A stretch of DNA of 64,000 nucleotides from Longimicrobiales bacterium (GTDB taxonomy: Bacteria; Gemmatimonadota; Gemmatimonadetes; Longimicrobiales; Gaopeijiaceae), in contig CBDAON010000004.1 in the NCBI GenBank assembly GCA_965198065.1, positions 32,001 to 96,000 on the forward strand, read 5' to 3'. Shown piece by piece: positions 28,477 through 37,504 of this stretch (position 1 is its first letter; each line of letters opens with the position of its first letter). Below the pieces are notes generated by a model. The model was given only the letters and a program-made list of their open reading frames with translations, ran no database searches and had not been told where the DNA came from. Position numbers and translations under genes: made by a program.

Positions 28477-29637
28477 ATGCGCGCGAGCGAGTTCCGGAAA
28501 CCTCCCCCCCTGACCCGGCTCGCTCTCGCGGGCCTCTTCCTCATCCCGGTCGCCGCGGGCGCCCAGGAGACCGTACGGGCAGCCGTTTCGGGGCAACTTC
28601 TCGTCGCGGGTCTTCCAGCCGACTCGGGTACCGCAGTTCTCCATCGGATCACACCGGAGGACGATCAGGGCGAGCTGGCGTCGGTCGTGGTGGATCCCGA
28701 CGGCTTCTTCCTGCTCCAGCTCCCGAATCTTCCGGTGCCCGGGACGGACACGTTCCTCGTTACGACCCGATACGACGGGATTCTCTATTACGGGCCGCCG
28801 ATCCGGACGCCGGCGCAGCTGGACTCCCTCTACGTCGTTCAGGCGTTCCCGGCCGAGGCCGCCCCGGAGAGCGGGATCCGCTTTCCCATCGCGCTCCTGG
28901 AGATCACCGTCGAGGAGGGGCCGAGGGGGTGGCTGGTGACCGAGGCCTTCATCGTGAGAAACGACTCTGGGGTCACGTACGTCCCCAGCGGAGCCGGGGG
29001 CACTGTTTGGCAATACCCGCTTCCGGCCGGCGCTCTCGCTCCGCGCGTGGTCGAGCGGGGGCCCGCGGAGGGCCCCGTGGGGTTTGAAGACGGTCGGATC
29101 GTCGCCCGGAATCCGATCCTTCCGGGGCCCATGAACTACTTCATGGTCGAGTACGACGTCGAGAGCCTCGAGATCGACTTCGAGATGCCAGGCGAAGTGC
29201 AGGCGGCCCAGATCTTCGTCCGCGAGCCGGCCCCCTCGATCCTGGTGAACGGTATGGCCCCGATCGAGCCTGTGGAGGACGGAGGCACGTCGTACCTCCG
29301 ATGGGTCGCCCAGGGGATCAGGGACCAGATGGTCCAAGTGCGAATCGGGGAGGACACGGGTCCCGGCACCGGGGTCTGGTTCTCCATCACCCTGGCCCTC
29401 CTCCTGGTGGCGGGCGGAATCTGGGGTGTGGCGCAACAGGGAAGGCCGGCCCGTGGCGGTCCGGGGCCCGAGCTCGCCACGGCGGGTGGTACCGTGCCGA
29501 GGACGCGCAGGGATATTCTCCTCGAGGTCGCGCGACTGGACGAGGACTTCCACCGGACGGGGGAGCCCGGGGGAGCGGCGTGGAACCGATACTTAACCCG
29601 GAGAGCCGAGCTTCTGCGCGAGCTGTCTGGGCCCTAG
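28477..29637 (+). CDS. Exported, membrane-anchored hypothetical protein (Ig-like domains, C-terminal TM and helical tail)
   Basis: Signal peptide AGA-Q; TM segment VWFSITLALLLVAGGIWGV; tail LLEVARLDEDF..RRAELL. Confidence 0.65.
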   Translation: MRASEFRKPPPLTRLALAGLFLIPVAAGAQETVRAAVSGQLLVAGLPADSGTAVLHRITPEDDQGELASVVVDPDGFFLLQLPNLPVPGTDTFLVTTRYDGILYYGPPIRTPAQLDSLYVVQAFPAEAAPESGIRFPIALLEITVEEGPRGWLVTEAFIVRNDSGVTYVPSGAGGTVWQYPLPAGALAPRVVERGPAEGPVGFEDGRIVARNPILPGPMNYFMVEYDVESLEIDFEMPGEVQAAQIFVREPAPSILVNGMAPIEPVEDGGTSYLRWVAQGIRDQMVQVRIGEDTGPGTGVWFSITLALLLVAGGIWGVAQQGRPARGGPGPELATAGGTVPRTRRDILLEVARLDEDFHRTGEPGGAAWNRYLTRRAELLRELSGP

Positions 29638-29640
29638 CCG

Positions 29641-30456
29641 ATGACGCTCGTCACCACGCGGGCGATCTTACTCCGTTCCCATCCGTACTCGGACTCATCC
29701 AGGATCCTGAGATTTCTCACCCGTGAGCGAGGTCTGATGGGCCTCGTGGGGAAGGGTGTACGGGCCCGAAGCTCGAAAGGGGAGGCCGGCCTGGATACGT
29801 TCGCCGAGGGCGTCCTGACCTTCTTCTTTCGCTCCGCCCGGGAGCTCCAGACGATGAGGGGGTTCGAGCGCACCAGCAACTCGCTCGAGCTCGGGCGGGA
29901 CCTTCCGCGCTTCCTGGGAGCCTCCCTCGTGGCCGAGCTCCTCCTCGCGCACGCCCTCGAGGAGGGCGATCCAGAGCTGTATGACTGGATCTCGGCCGTC
30001 CTGGCGCGCCTGGGAGACGCACCCGCGGCTGAGGTTCCGGGGTGGATCCTCGCCGGGGCCTGGCGTACCCTCGCCCACCTCGGATTCGCGCCCGGGCTCA
30101 CGAGTTGTGTGGGCTGCGGGCAAGCTCCAGCGTGGGGTGACGGTGATCTCTACCGTCTGGACGCGGCCTCCGGCGGAATCCGTTGTCCGGACTGCTCGGT
30201 CGGGCGAGAGCTCCCCCGGGTCGGGCCGCGGGCCCACGCCGACCTGCTGAGGCTCGTCCAGGGCGACCCGCCCCCGCTCCTTCCCGGCGTCCGGGGACAT
30301 CTTCGCTATCTGGAGGCTTTTTCCAGCCATCACCTGGCCCCCACACGCCGGTTTCGGTCCTTTGCGCTGCTCCGGCCCTTCGTTGGGACTTCCGAAGGGG
30401 CCGAGGCCGATCAGGGAAGGCAGGGGAAAAGGGGGGCCGATAGAGAGATGGCTTGA
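29641..30456 (+). CDS. recO: DNA repair protein RecO
   Basis: AILLR..PYSDSSRI..LT..G, KGVR, CxxC..CxxC zinc finger. Confidence 0.92.
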   Translation: MTLVTTRAILLRSHPYSDSSRILRFLTRERGLMGLVGKGVRARSSKGEAGLDTFAEGVLTFFFRSARELQTMRGFERTSNSLELGRDLPRFLGASLVAELLLAHALEEGDPELYDWISAVLARLGDAPAAEVPGWILAGAWRTLAHLGFAPGLTSCVGCGQAPAWGDGDLYRLDAASGGIRCPDCSVGRELPRVGPRAHADLLRLVQGDPPPLLPGVRGHLRYLEAFSSHHLAPTRRFRSFALLRPFVGTSEGAEADQGRQGKRGADREMA

Positions 30457-30483
30457 CCGCCCGATTGAAAGTCCATAGATAAT
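30453..30483 (+). promoter_or_regulatory. Candidate sigma70 promoter in an AT-rich gap
   Basis: TTGACC at 30453 followed 17-19 nt later by TAGATAAT. Confidence 0.35.
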
Positions 30484-30573
30484 GAAGGCAACTATTCGTG
30501 AAGTCATGTAGTCAAACTTCAAGGAGCACTATTCCTTTTTCTGGTACGATGAGAGGAGTGTGCGGAGGGTCGG

Positions 30574-31026
30574 ATGCGGCACGCGTTGCTGTTCGTGCTC
30601 GTCCTGATCTCCGCGCCGCTGTCGTCTGAGGGGCTTTACGCCCAGCAGGCGGGTGCGGCAGCCGGGGCGCCGGAGGCCTCGGAACTGGGGTTCCAGCTCG
30701 GGACCAATTACCCCAATCCGTTCAGTCCCGACACGAGAATCCCGTTCGAGCTCTTCGAGAGCCTCTTTGTGGGTGGGCGGTCGGCGAGTGTCACGGTCCG
30801 GGTATACGACATTCTCCGGCAGTATGTAGCGTCGCCCACCGCATTGGGCCATCCGGCAGGAGATGGGACACCTGTGATCGACCTGGAGTATACGGCTCCG
30901 GGGCGATACGAGGCGTATTGGGACGGGCGGAACCGTTCCGGCGCCTACGTGCCGTCGGGGGTCTACATCCTCGAGCTCAGTGTGAACGGGCAGTCCCAGA
31001 ACCGCCGGATTTTCGTAGGGAGCTGA
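30574..31026 (+). CDS. Small exported FlgD-Ig-like / T9SS-CTD-like domain protein
   Basis: Signal peptide; LGTNYPNPF, VYDIL, WDGRNRSG..PSGVYI. Confidence 0.8.
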   Translation: MRHALLFVLVLISAPLSSEGLYAQQAGAAAGAPEASELGFQLGTNYPNPFSPDTRIPFELFESLFVGGRSASVTVRVYDILRQYVASPTALGHPAGDGTPVIDLEYTAPGRYEAYWDGRNRSGAYVPSGVYILELSVNGQSQNRRIFVGS

Positions 31027-31128
31027 AGGCGCGGGCCCCACCCGCGAGCGTCGTTTTACACACCCCGACATACCGCAGGATCGACCTCCTGAGAGATCGA
31101 CGCCTCGCGTCCCAGAAGGGACAACAGG

Positions 31129-31581
31129 CTACCAGGCCCTTTCTTCCAGCAGCTCGAGGAATTCGCTCGGGTCGGACAGCCCGGAGAGGCGCTGGGGGAC
31201 CGCGGGATCCTTCGCGAACTGGGCGATCTTGCCGAGCACCGGCAGGTATTGATTCGAGATCTCCAGGGGGGGCGCGACGATCAGGAAGAAGTGTCGGACC
31301 GGCTGGCCGTCAATGGCATTGAATTCCATCCCGTCGATCTTTCGCCCGTAAGCGAGTCGGAGCTTGTTCACGACGAGCGATCGACAGTGCGGGATCGCGA
31401 TGCCCTTGCCGATTCCGGTAGAACCCAGGTTCTCCCGTCGGTTGAGCGTCTTGTAGAGGTTGGCCTCCGATTTCTCGTCCAGTCTAAGAAGGCCGATCAG
31501 CTCGCTCAGGGAGTCGTCCTTGAGCGTCGAGGCCATGTCGAGCTGGACTGTCGAGAGTGTGAAGAAATCCCTCAGCTTCAT
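31129..31581 (-). CDS. PTS EIIA, Ntr/fructose-mannitol type
   Basis: RENLGSTGIGKGIAIPHCR, DGQPV..FF; ATG at 31581. Confidence 0.92.
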   Translation of the reverse strand: MKLRDFFTLSTVQLDMASTLKDDSLSELIGLLRLDEKSEANLYKTLNRRENLGSTGIGKGIAIPHCRSLVVNKLRLAYGRKIDGMEFNAIDGQPVRHFFLIVAPPLEISNQYLPVLGKIAQFAKDPAVPQRLSGLSDPSEFLELLEERAW

Positions 31582-31640
31582 TCGAGTCGCCTCCGGGGCG
31601 ATTTCCGTGACGGTGCGGGTGCTCGGGTTGCGAAGCGCCA

Positions 31641-31669
31641 ACCTTACTGGAACGCGAGATCCATGTCAA
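31641..31669 (-). promoter_or_regulatory. Near-consensus sigma70 promoter for the EIIA gene
   Basis: Minus strand TTGACA-N17-TAAGGT, about 60 nt upstream of the ATG. Confidence 0.65.
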
Positions 31670-31742
31670 AGCAGAAGCGCGCCCTGCAGGTCGGGGCGGG
31701 GCAGAGCTTCTCCGGCCTCACGTTGCGGGGTAGGTTCCTCTC

Positions 31743-32777
31743 ATGGCTTCGACGGTGCTGGACCTTCTGACCGGCTCGTACACGCCGCTCTATCTGGCCC
31801 CCCAGGCGGGGGTGAGCGAGTCCCCGTTCCGGCGCCTCTGTCGGCGTTTTGGGGCCGATGTCGTGGTCAGCGAGTTCGTGAGTGCGGACGGGATTTGCCG
31901 GGGGAACGAGCGCACCCTCGGATACCTTCGGTTCGAAGAGGAAGAGCGTCCCATCGGGGTCCAGATCTTCGGATCGGACCCTGCCATGATGGCGGACGCG
32001 GCGATCCTGGTTCACGAAACGTTCGCGCCCGACTTCATCGACATCAACTTCGGGTGCCCGGTCAAGAAGGTGGTGAAGCGCAACGGTGGCTCGGGATGCC
32101 TGAAGGACCTGGGGCTGGTGGCCCGGATCATCCGGAGCGTCGCTGAGGCCACGACCATGACTACGACGGTGAAGATCCGGAGCGGGTTCGACGAGAACAG
32201 CCGGAATCCCGTGCGGATCGGGAGGGTGTGCGAGGAGGCGGGAGCGAGGGCGATCACCCTCCATCCCCGAACCCGTGCGGACATGTACTCCGGGGAGGCT
32301 CGGTGGGAGGAGATCCGTGACCTCAAGGAGGCCGTGGGCATCCCGGTGATCGGGAATGGGGACATCCAGAGTGGTCGGGACGCGGCGCGCATGCGGGACG
32401 AGACCCGGTGTGACGGCATCATGGTGGCGCGTGGCTCTCATGGGGACCCGTGGATCTTCCGGCAGGCCCGGGCCGCGCTCGAGGGGGAGGAGATCCCTCT
32501 CGATCCCGATGCAGCCGAGCGCTTCGGGATCTGCGTGGAGCACGCCGAGAACGCGATCGCTTACGGAGGCGACCTAGAACGGGCTGTCCGCGAGTTCAGA
32601 AAGCACCTGGGCTGGTATACGAAGGGGCTCCCCGGTGGGAAGGATCTCCGGCAGGAGCTCTTCGCCGTCACCTCGCTAGAGCAGGTGAAGGAGCTTCTGA
32701 GCGGTTACCTGGAGCGCCACTCCGCTACACGGGAAGGAGGCCGGGAACCCCGTCCTGCCGAGGCCGTGTTATCTTGA
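31743..32777 (+). CDS. dusB: tRNA-dihydrouridine synthase
   Basis: LAPQAGV, QIFGSDP, DINFGCP, KIRSG, HPRT, GNGDI, RKHLGWY. Confidence 0.93.
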   Translation: MASTVLDLLTGSYTPLYLAPQAGVSESPFRRLCRRFGADVVVSEFVSADGICRGNERTLGYLRFEEEERPIGVQIFGSDPAMMADAAILVHETFAPDFIDINFGCPVKKVVKRNGGSGCLKDLGLVARIIRSVAEATTMTTTVKIRSGFDENSRNPVRIGRVCEEAGARAITLHPRTRADMYSGEARWEEIRDLKEAVGIPVIGNGDIQSGRDAARMRDETRCDGIMVARGSHGDPWIFRQARAALEGEEIPLDPDAAERFGICVEHAENAIAYGGDLERAVREFRKHLGWYTKGLPGGKDLRQELFAVTSLEQVKELLSGYLERHSATREGGREPRPAEAVLS

Positions 32778-32816
32778 GTCACGCGCCGTCCCGAACGACG
32801 GCGACGGGACTGGACT

Positions 32817-33176
32817 GGGGGCGTCACGGTTTCGACGCGTTCAGTGAAGTCGATGCAGCGTGCCGAGGTCCCGGGGCCTCGTAAACCTCTCGGGGAATAC
32901 ACAACTGCCAACAACAACTTGGCACTGGCTGCGTAAGGTTCTGCCTTAGCTGTAGCCCGTCGCCGGAAGAGCCCGCCCGAGGCGACTCCGGATGACGTCG
33001 AAAAGTCGGGCTGGTCCCTGGGTGCCGCCGCCCCGGCCGGGACGAGATCGATTGGGCGGCTAGCTCGGGCAGGCCGCGCCCCGGCCTCGTCCGATCGCGA
33101 AGCCAACGGGGTGACACGCACGTAGACGCTTAGACGGATCGGTTCGCGGACGCGGGTTCGACTCCCGCCGCCTCCA
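32817..33176 (+). ncRNA. ssrA: tmRNA; tag peptide ANNNLALAA at 32907-32936; CCA not fully encoded
   Basis: 5' GGGGGCGTCACGGTTTCGAC; 3' T-arm GCGGGTTCGACTCCCGC and acceptor CGCCTCCA with G3:U; internal ORF GCC AAC AAC AAC TTG GCA CTG GCT GCG TAA. Confidence 0.96.
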
Positions 33177-33191
33177 CTGCTGCAAAGAACC

Positions 33192-33231
33192 CGAACCGCC
33201 GCCCGGGCCTTCGTGTCCGGGCGGCGGTTCG
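33192..33231 (+). terminator. 15-bp GC-rich hairpin directly after ssrA
   Basis: cgaaccgccgcccgg ... ccgggcggcggttcg perfect inverted repeat; lacks a U-tract. Confidence 0.6.
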
Positions 33232-33322
33232 AGCAATGCGATACAGTCAATCGAGGTCCGCGCCAGGTAGTAGGGCCGGCCGACGTCGCCTTGCATGGGC
33301 TCCAGCCGGATGGTCCCGGTCC

Positions 33323-34174
33323 ATGAATCCCATCGAGCACGTGTACGTGCTTTGCCACGGCGCCGACCTGTGGATGGCCCGCATCTGCGTAGCGAGCATC
33401 CGTTACTGGTACCCGGACATTCCGATCACGCTTCTCAAGAACCAGACGCGCCTGGACACCTCCCCCCTGGAATCCGGCTTCGGAGTGCGCGCCAGGAACG
33501 TCTCGCCACGCTGGGCGGGGAGCGCTTTCGCCAAGCTGGAGCTGCTCACGCGACCGGAGCGCGAACGCTACCTGTACGTGGACGCCGACGTCGTGTTCGT
33601 GGGGCGCGTTCTCGACTCCCTGGCGGAGATGGGAGAGGACCTCGTCGTGGCGACCCACCTGGAGACGCCGCCGGACTCTCCGGCCATGCGTAGGTATTAT
33701 CACATCGAGGCGCTCCGGGAGCTGGACCCCGCCTTCGAGCCACCAGGCTTCTGCTTCAGCGCGGGCCACTACGTGGCCACCTCCGGCCTCTTGAGGCCGG
33801 AGGACCTCGACGACTTCGTGGACTTCTCCTCCTCACCACCCAGGCATCGCACGAAGGGCATCTTCCACGGAGTGGACCAGGGCCTGTGCAACTACCTCTT
33901 TCCCAGAAGGGCGCAGGAGGGGGTCTGGTCTCTGGGCAGGGTCCCCTTCGCGTGGTGGGCCCGAGGAGAAGAGGCGGCGAGCCTCGAGCGGCGGGACATC
34001 TTCGAGGGACCCGGCGTGCCCAGGATGATCCACTGGGCTGGCACCCAGCTTCCGGTCCTTCGCCGGCAACCCCGGGCCGATATCCTCGCGTCCTATGAGG
34101 CGATGTACGTCGCGGCCACCCGCCGGGGCTGGGCGCACAGGACCCTACCCTCGAGCACCTCTCCACCGGCCTGA
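33323..34174 (+). CDS. Putative GT-A fold (GT8-like) glycosyltransferase
   Basis: FAKLELL, YLYVDADVVF (DxD), FSAG, DQGLCNY, IHWAG. Confidence 0.7.
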   Translation: MNPIEHVYVLCHGADLWMARICVASIRYWYPDIPITLLKNQTRLDTSPLESGFGVRARNVSPRWAGSAFAKLELLTRPERERYLYVDADVVFVGRVLDSLAEMGEDLVVATHLETPPDSPAMRRYYHIEALRELDPAFEPPGFCFSAGHYVATSGLLRPEDLDDFVDFSSSPPRHRTKGIFHGVDQGLCNYLFPRRAQEGVWSLGRVPFAWWARGEEAASLERRDIFEGPGVPRMIHWAGTQLPVLRRQPRADILASYEAMYVAATRRGWAHRTLPSSTSPPA

Positions 34175-34343
34175 GTTGGGCGACATGGCGAGCGAGGTCC
34201 AAGCTCGACTACGCGCTCCGCCGGAGGTGACGGGGTCGCCACCGCGTCTCGCCGCAGTGGCCCCCGGGAGCGGCCAGGCGACACCCGCGTGCGGACCCCT
34301 TCGTTCCCTGATGGCGTCCTTACGAACGGGAACCAGCAACGAC

Positions 34344-35306
34344 CTACCGCACGTCGATCCGGCGACGCCAATCCGCGATCGCACGTCCGATCATCTCTGG
34401 CTGGTCCTCTTGGATGTAATGGCGCCCGGCGCCCACGAACGTGGACTGGATGTTCGGTACCCGCTCGACTAGCGCTTCCACTACGCTCACCGGATTTAGC
34501 GCGCCGGGTCGGGCCCAGAGGTGCAGCATCGGGATCTCGGTTTCTGTCATCCACTCACCAATCGCGGTAACGACCTCCACATTTCGCGCGGGCTCACCCA
34601 CAGCGGGCAGCTCCCGGGGCCATTGGAGCGTCGGAAGGCGCGACTCGGGAGTTGGATACGGTTCGCGGTAGCGCCGCATTTCCTCCTCCGTGAGTCCGCG
34701 GAGGACGCTTCCCGGAAGGATCTGCTCCACGAACATGTTCTGCTGGAGAACGAGCTCCTCTCCTCCCGGACCTCGGAAGCGTCCGAGAGAGCCTCCAATC
34801 GGGTCGAGGCGCGGGTACCGGGGCGGGATGATCGCCTCCATGAAGGCGATGCCGAGGACGTTGTCCTCATGACTCCGGGCGTAGTCGAAGCCGAGCACGC
34901 TGCCCCAGTCGTGAATCACGAGAGTGATGTCCTCGAGGCCGAGTGTCTCAATGAACGCGTTGAGGTAACGCGCGTGGTCCTGATACGTGTAGCCAATGTC
35001 GGGCTTGCCCGACTTCCCCATACCGATGAGGTCCACGGCGATCGCGCGATAACGGTCCGTGACGTAGGGAATGATGTTCCTCCAGAGATAGGACGATGTG
35101 GGGTTCCCGTGGACGAATAAGATGGGATCGCCCTCGCCCTCATCCACGTAATGCATTGTGGATCCGAGCACCTCGACGTAGCGCGACTCGAAGGGAAAGT
35201 CGGCGGAGATGTCCGGCGCCTGGCCACGCGCCGCGGGGGTGGACCAGAGCAGCAAGACCGCCGAACTGACACCGAGGACCCGAGACCAGGCTGAGAACGC
35301 CGGCAT
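34344..35306 (-). CDS. Haloalkane dehalogenase (DhaA/LinB-like) with a predicted signal peptide
   Basis: HGNPTSSYLWRN, IHDWGS nucleophile, FMEA, WPRELP, HYIQED. Confidence 0.9.
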   Translation of the reverse strand: MPAFSAWSRVLGVSSAVLLLWSTPAARGQAPDISADFPFESRYVEVLGSTMHYVDEGEGDPILFVHGNPTSSYLWRNIIPYVTDRYRAIAVDLIGMGKSGKPDIGYTYQDHARYLNAFIETLGLEDITLVIHDWGSVLGFDYARSHEDNVLGIAFMEAIIPPRYPRLDPIGGSLGRFRGPGGEELVLQQNMFVEQILPGSVLRGLTEEEMRRYREPYPTPESRLPTLQWPRELPAVGEPARNVEVVTAIGEWMTETEIPMLHLWARPGALNPVSVVEALVERVPNIQSTFVGAGRHYIQEDQPEMIGRAIADWRRRIDVR

Positions 35307-35322
35307 GGAGGATTCCTCTTTT

Positions 35323-35640
35323 CTACGTGATCGCCAGGCCTTCCGCTTCGAGCGCCTCGATTACCTGCGCACGGAGCTCGGGCGGCACCCGGCTTACCCG
35401 GGACGCCCTGGCGACCGCCTCGAGGAACGATCGCTCGAACACGAGCTTAGGATAACACCGAGCGCACGTCTCCAGGTGAGTGCCGACCCGTTTCTCCAGG
35501 TCAGGAGGCAACTCCCCGTCCAGCCAGTCGAAGAGCACCTCCGCCGCCTCGTGGCACGAGATCCCGCCCGGGGGATCCGCATCCGGCGGCTCCCCTGTGA
35601 CTCCACGGAGCAGGCGCCGCAACTCCTCGATCCAGTTCAT
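35323..35640 (-). CDS. Zinc-binding anti-sigma factor (zf-HC2/ZAS)
   Basis: SCHEA..L..WLDGEL..HLETCARC; directly downstream of the ECF sigma. Confidence 0.9.
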   Translation of the reverse strand: MNWIEELRRLLRGVTGEPPDADPPGGISCHEAAEVLFDWLDGELPPDLEKRVGTHLETCARCYPKLVFERSFLEAVARASRVSRVPPELRAQVIEALEAEGLAIT

Positions 35641-35686
35641 CCCTGATTACCCTCCTCCGGCCCACGGCGGCCGTTGGGCGGCCCGC

Positions 35687-36262
35687 TCACGACGACGACG
35701 CGACCGCGTACTCGTAGAGGCTCTCCTGAAGCATCCGGCGGCCCCGAAAGAGCCGGCTCTTCACGGTGCCAACAGGCACGTTCATGACCTGAGCGATCTC
35801 ATTGTACGAGAGGTCCTCGAGGTCCGAGAGCACTACGGCTTCTCGAAACTCGTGAGGCAGGGTGTCGATGGCTCGCAGCACCTCCTCGTCGACGACATTC
35901 CTCCAGAACTTGCCTTCAGGATCACGATTCGCCGTTGCCATGAACACCGTGGTCTCTCCAGAAATGCCGCGCGGGTCTTCGTCTGCCAGGACGGCCACGA
36001 TTTCATCATGGCGCCGATCTCTTTCCTCGGCTCGGAGCATGCTGTTCTTGCAGATTGTGAACAGCCAACTCTTCACCCGAGTGCCTGGCGTGTAGCTATC
36101 CCAGCTGCGATAGGCACGCAAGTACGTCTCCTGAACCAGATCCTGGGCCCGCTCGGCGTCCTTGGTGAGACGGTGCGCGAAGCGATAGACGGCCTCCATT
36201 TGCGGAACCGCCTCCTCGCGAAAGGAATCGTCCCGATCCAAGGACCCCCTCACGACCGGCAA
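35687..36262 (-). CDS. ECF sigma factor (SigH/SigR-like)
   Basis: AQDLVQETYLRAY, SWLFTI, LSYNEIAQVMNVPVGTVKSRLFRGR. Confidence 0.94.
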   Translation of the reverse strand: MPVVRGSLDRDDSFREEAVPQMEAVYRFAHRLTKDAERAQDLVQETYLRAYRSWDSYTPGTRVKSWLFTICKNSMLRAEERDRRHDEIVAVLADEDPRGISGETTVFMATANRDPEGKFWRNVVDEEVLRAIDTLPHEFREAVVLSDLEDLSYNEIAQVMNVPVGTVKSRLFRGRRMLQESLYEYAVASSS

Positions 36263-36495
36263 GCACGTGGCGCCGAAGGGCCGTGGGTCCTCCCGACCCC
36301 GAGGACCGCGGCGGCCCAGCGGGAGGCCCGCAAGCCCGGCCTCTGCGAGCGGCGTCGGTGGCCCCGAAACGTCGGCATCATAACTACTGAATCCGGCCCA
36401 GCGGGTCTAAGTTCCCGAAGCGGCGGCAGCACCCGTGCTCTGGCGGAGCAGCCTTCGCTCCGCGTCCTCACCACGACTTCGGACCGGACGTCGCG

Positions 36496-36521
36496 GGAAC
36501 CCGATCCTAGGGTCGCGAGTT
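36496..36521 (+). promoter_or_regulatory. ECF (SigR/SigH-type) promoter
   Basis: GGAAC-N18-GTT ending about 64 nt upstream of the ATG at 36585. Confidence 0.6.
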
Positions 36522-36584
36522 CGGGTGAGCACGAGCGGGGACGTCTCTTTAGCACACATCAAACCTCAGCGGAGAGAGACCGCC

Positions 36585-37038
36585 ATGAATATCGCTTTCG
36601 GAAAAGCCGTCTTCGCCGGTGTCCTGGGAACGGTCGTCATGACGATTGTCGGTACGTGGGTGGCGCCCATGATGGGAATACCTCCGATGAACCCCGCAAA
36701 CATGCTGGCGGGAGCGATGGGTGGGGTGCTGATACTCGGCTGGATCGGTCACTTCATGATCGGAACGATCCTTGCCTTGACCTACGCGGCCGTGGCTCCC
36801 TGGCTTCCCGGTCCGTCGGTGGTGCGGGGAGCCCTGTATGGGGATAGCTCCGTTTCTTCTCGCGCAGATTGCGGTCATGCCGATGATGGGGATGCCCCTG
36901 TTCTCGGGATCCGTCACGTTGGCGATGGGTAGTCTGGTGGGACACCTCTTCTACGGAGGCGTGGTGGGCGGCGTCTACGGTGCGCCTCCCGCACTGGCGA
37001 CCGTGACCGCCGGCGGCTCCCCGCAGGCCGCTGGCTGA
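36585..37038 (+). pseudogene. Small multi-TM membrane protein with conserved His in helices, split by a +1 frameshift
   Basis: MNIAFG..GWIGHFMIG..RGALYG continues as IAPFLLAQ..GSLVGHLFYG in another frame; GGGG run at 36840-36843. Confidence 0.75.
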
Positions 37039-37066
37039 CCAACGTTTTCAACAACAGGAGGCAACG

Positions 37067-37504
37067 ATGCCCCGTACGAATCCGACGGCTTGGCCACTGA
37101 TCGGCTCCCTCGTGGCGATGGTCCTCGCCGTCCCGGCGGTCGAGGCTCAGGCGAGTTCGTCCACCGCCACGGCGCACACCAAGGAAGCGTTCACGCACGA
37201 GCGCTTCGAAGAGCTTCAGGCTCAGGACGCGCTGATTTTGGTGGACATCTTCGCGGACTGGTGCCCGGACTGCGCGATCCAACAGACGGTGTTAGAGGCG
37301 TATCGAGAGCGGAGACCCGACGTCGCCCTTCATACGCTCGTGGTGGACTTCGACACGGAGAAGGATGTGGTCACGTACTTCCGCGCTCCGCGTCAGTCCA
37401 CGCTGATCCTCTACCGGGGGACCGAGCGGCTGTGGTTCAGCGTCGCCGAAACGCGCGAAGAGATGATCTTCCAGGCTCTGAATGAGGGGGTGTCCACGCG
37501 GTGA
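37067..37504 (+). CDS. Exported thioredoxin-family protein
   Basis: Signal peptide VEA-Q; FADWCPDC; QSTLI. Confidence 0.9.
   Translation: MPRTNPTAWPLIGSLVAMVLAVPAVEAQASSSTATAHTKEAFTHERFEELQAQDALILVDIFADWCPDCAIQQTVLEAYRERRPDVALHTLVVDFDTEKDVVTYFRAPRQSTLILYRGTERLWFSVAETREEMIFQALNEGVSTR

Noticed and set aside
32817..33176. tRNA-Ala, or a permuted two-piece tmRNA
   Set aside because: The acceptor halves are 360 nt apart in normal order with an internal tag ORF, which is a standard one-piece tmRNA.
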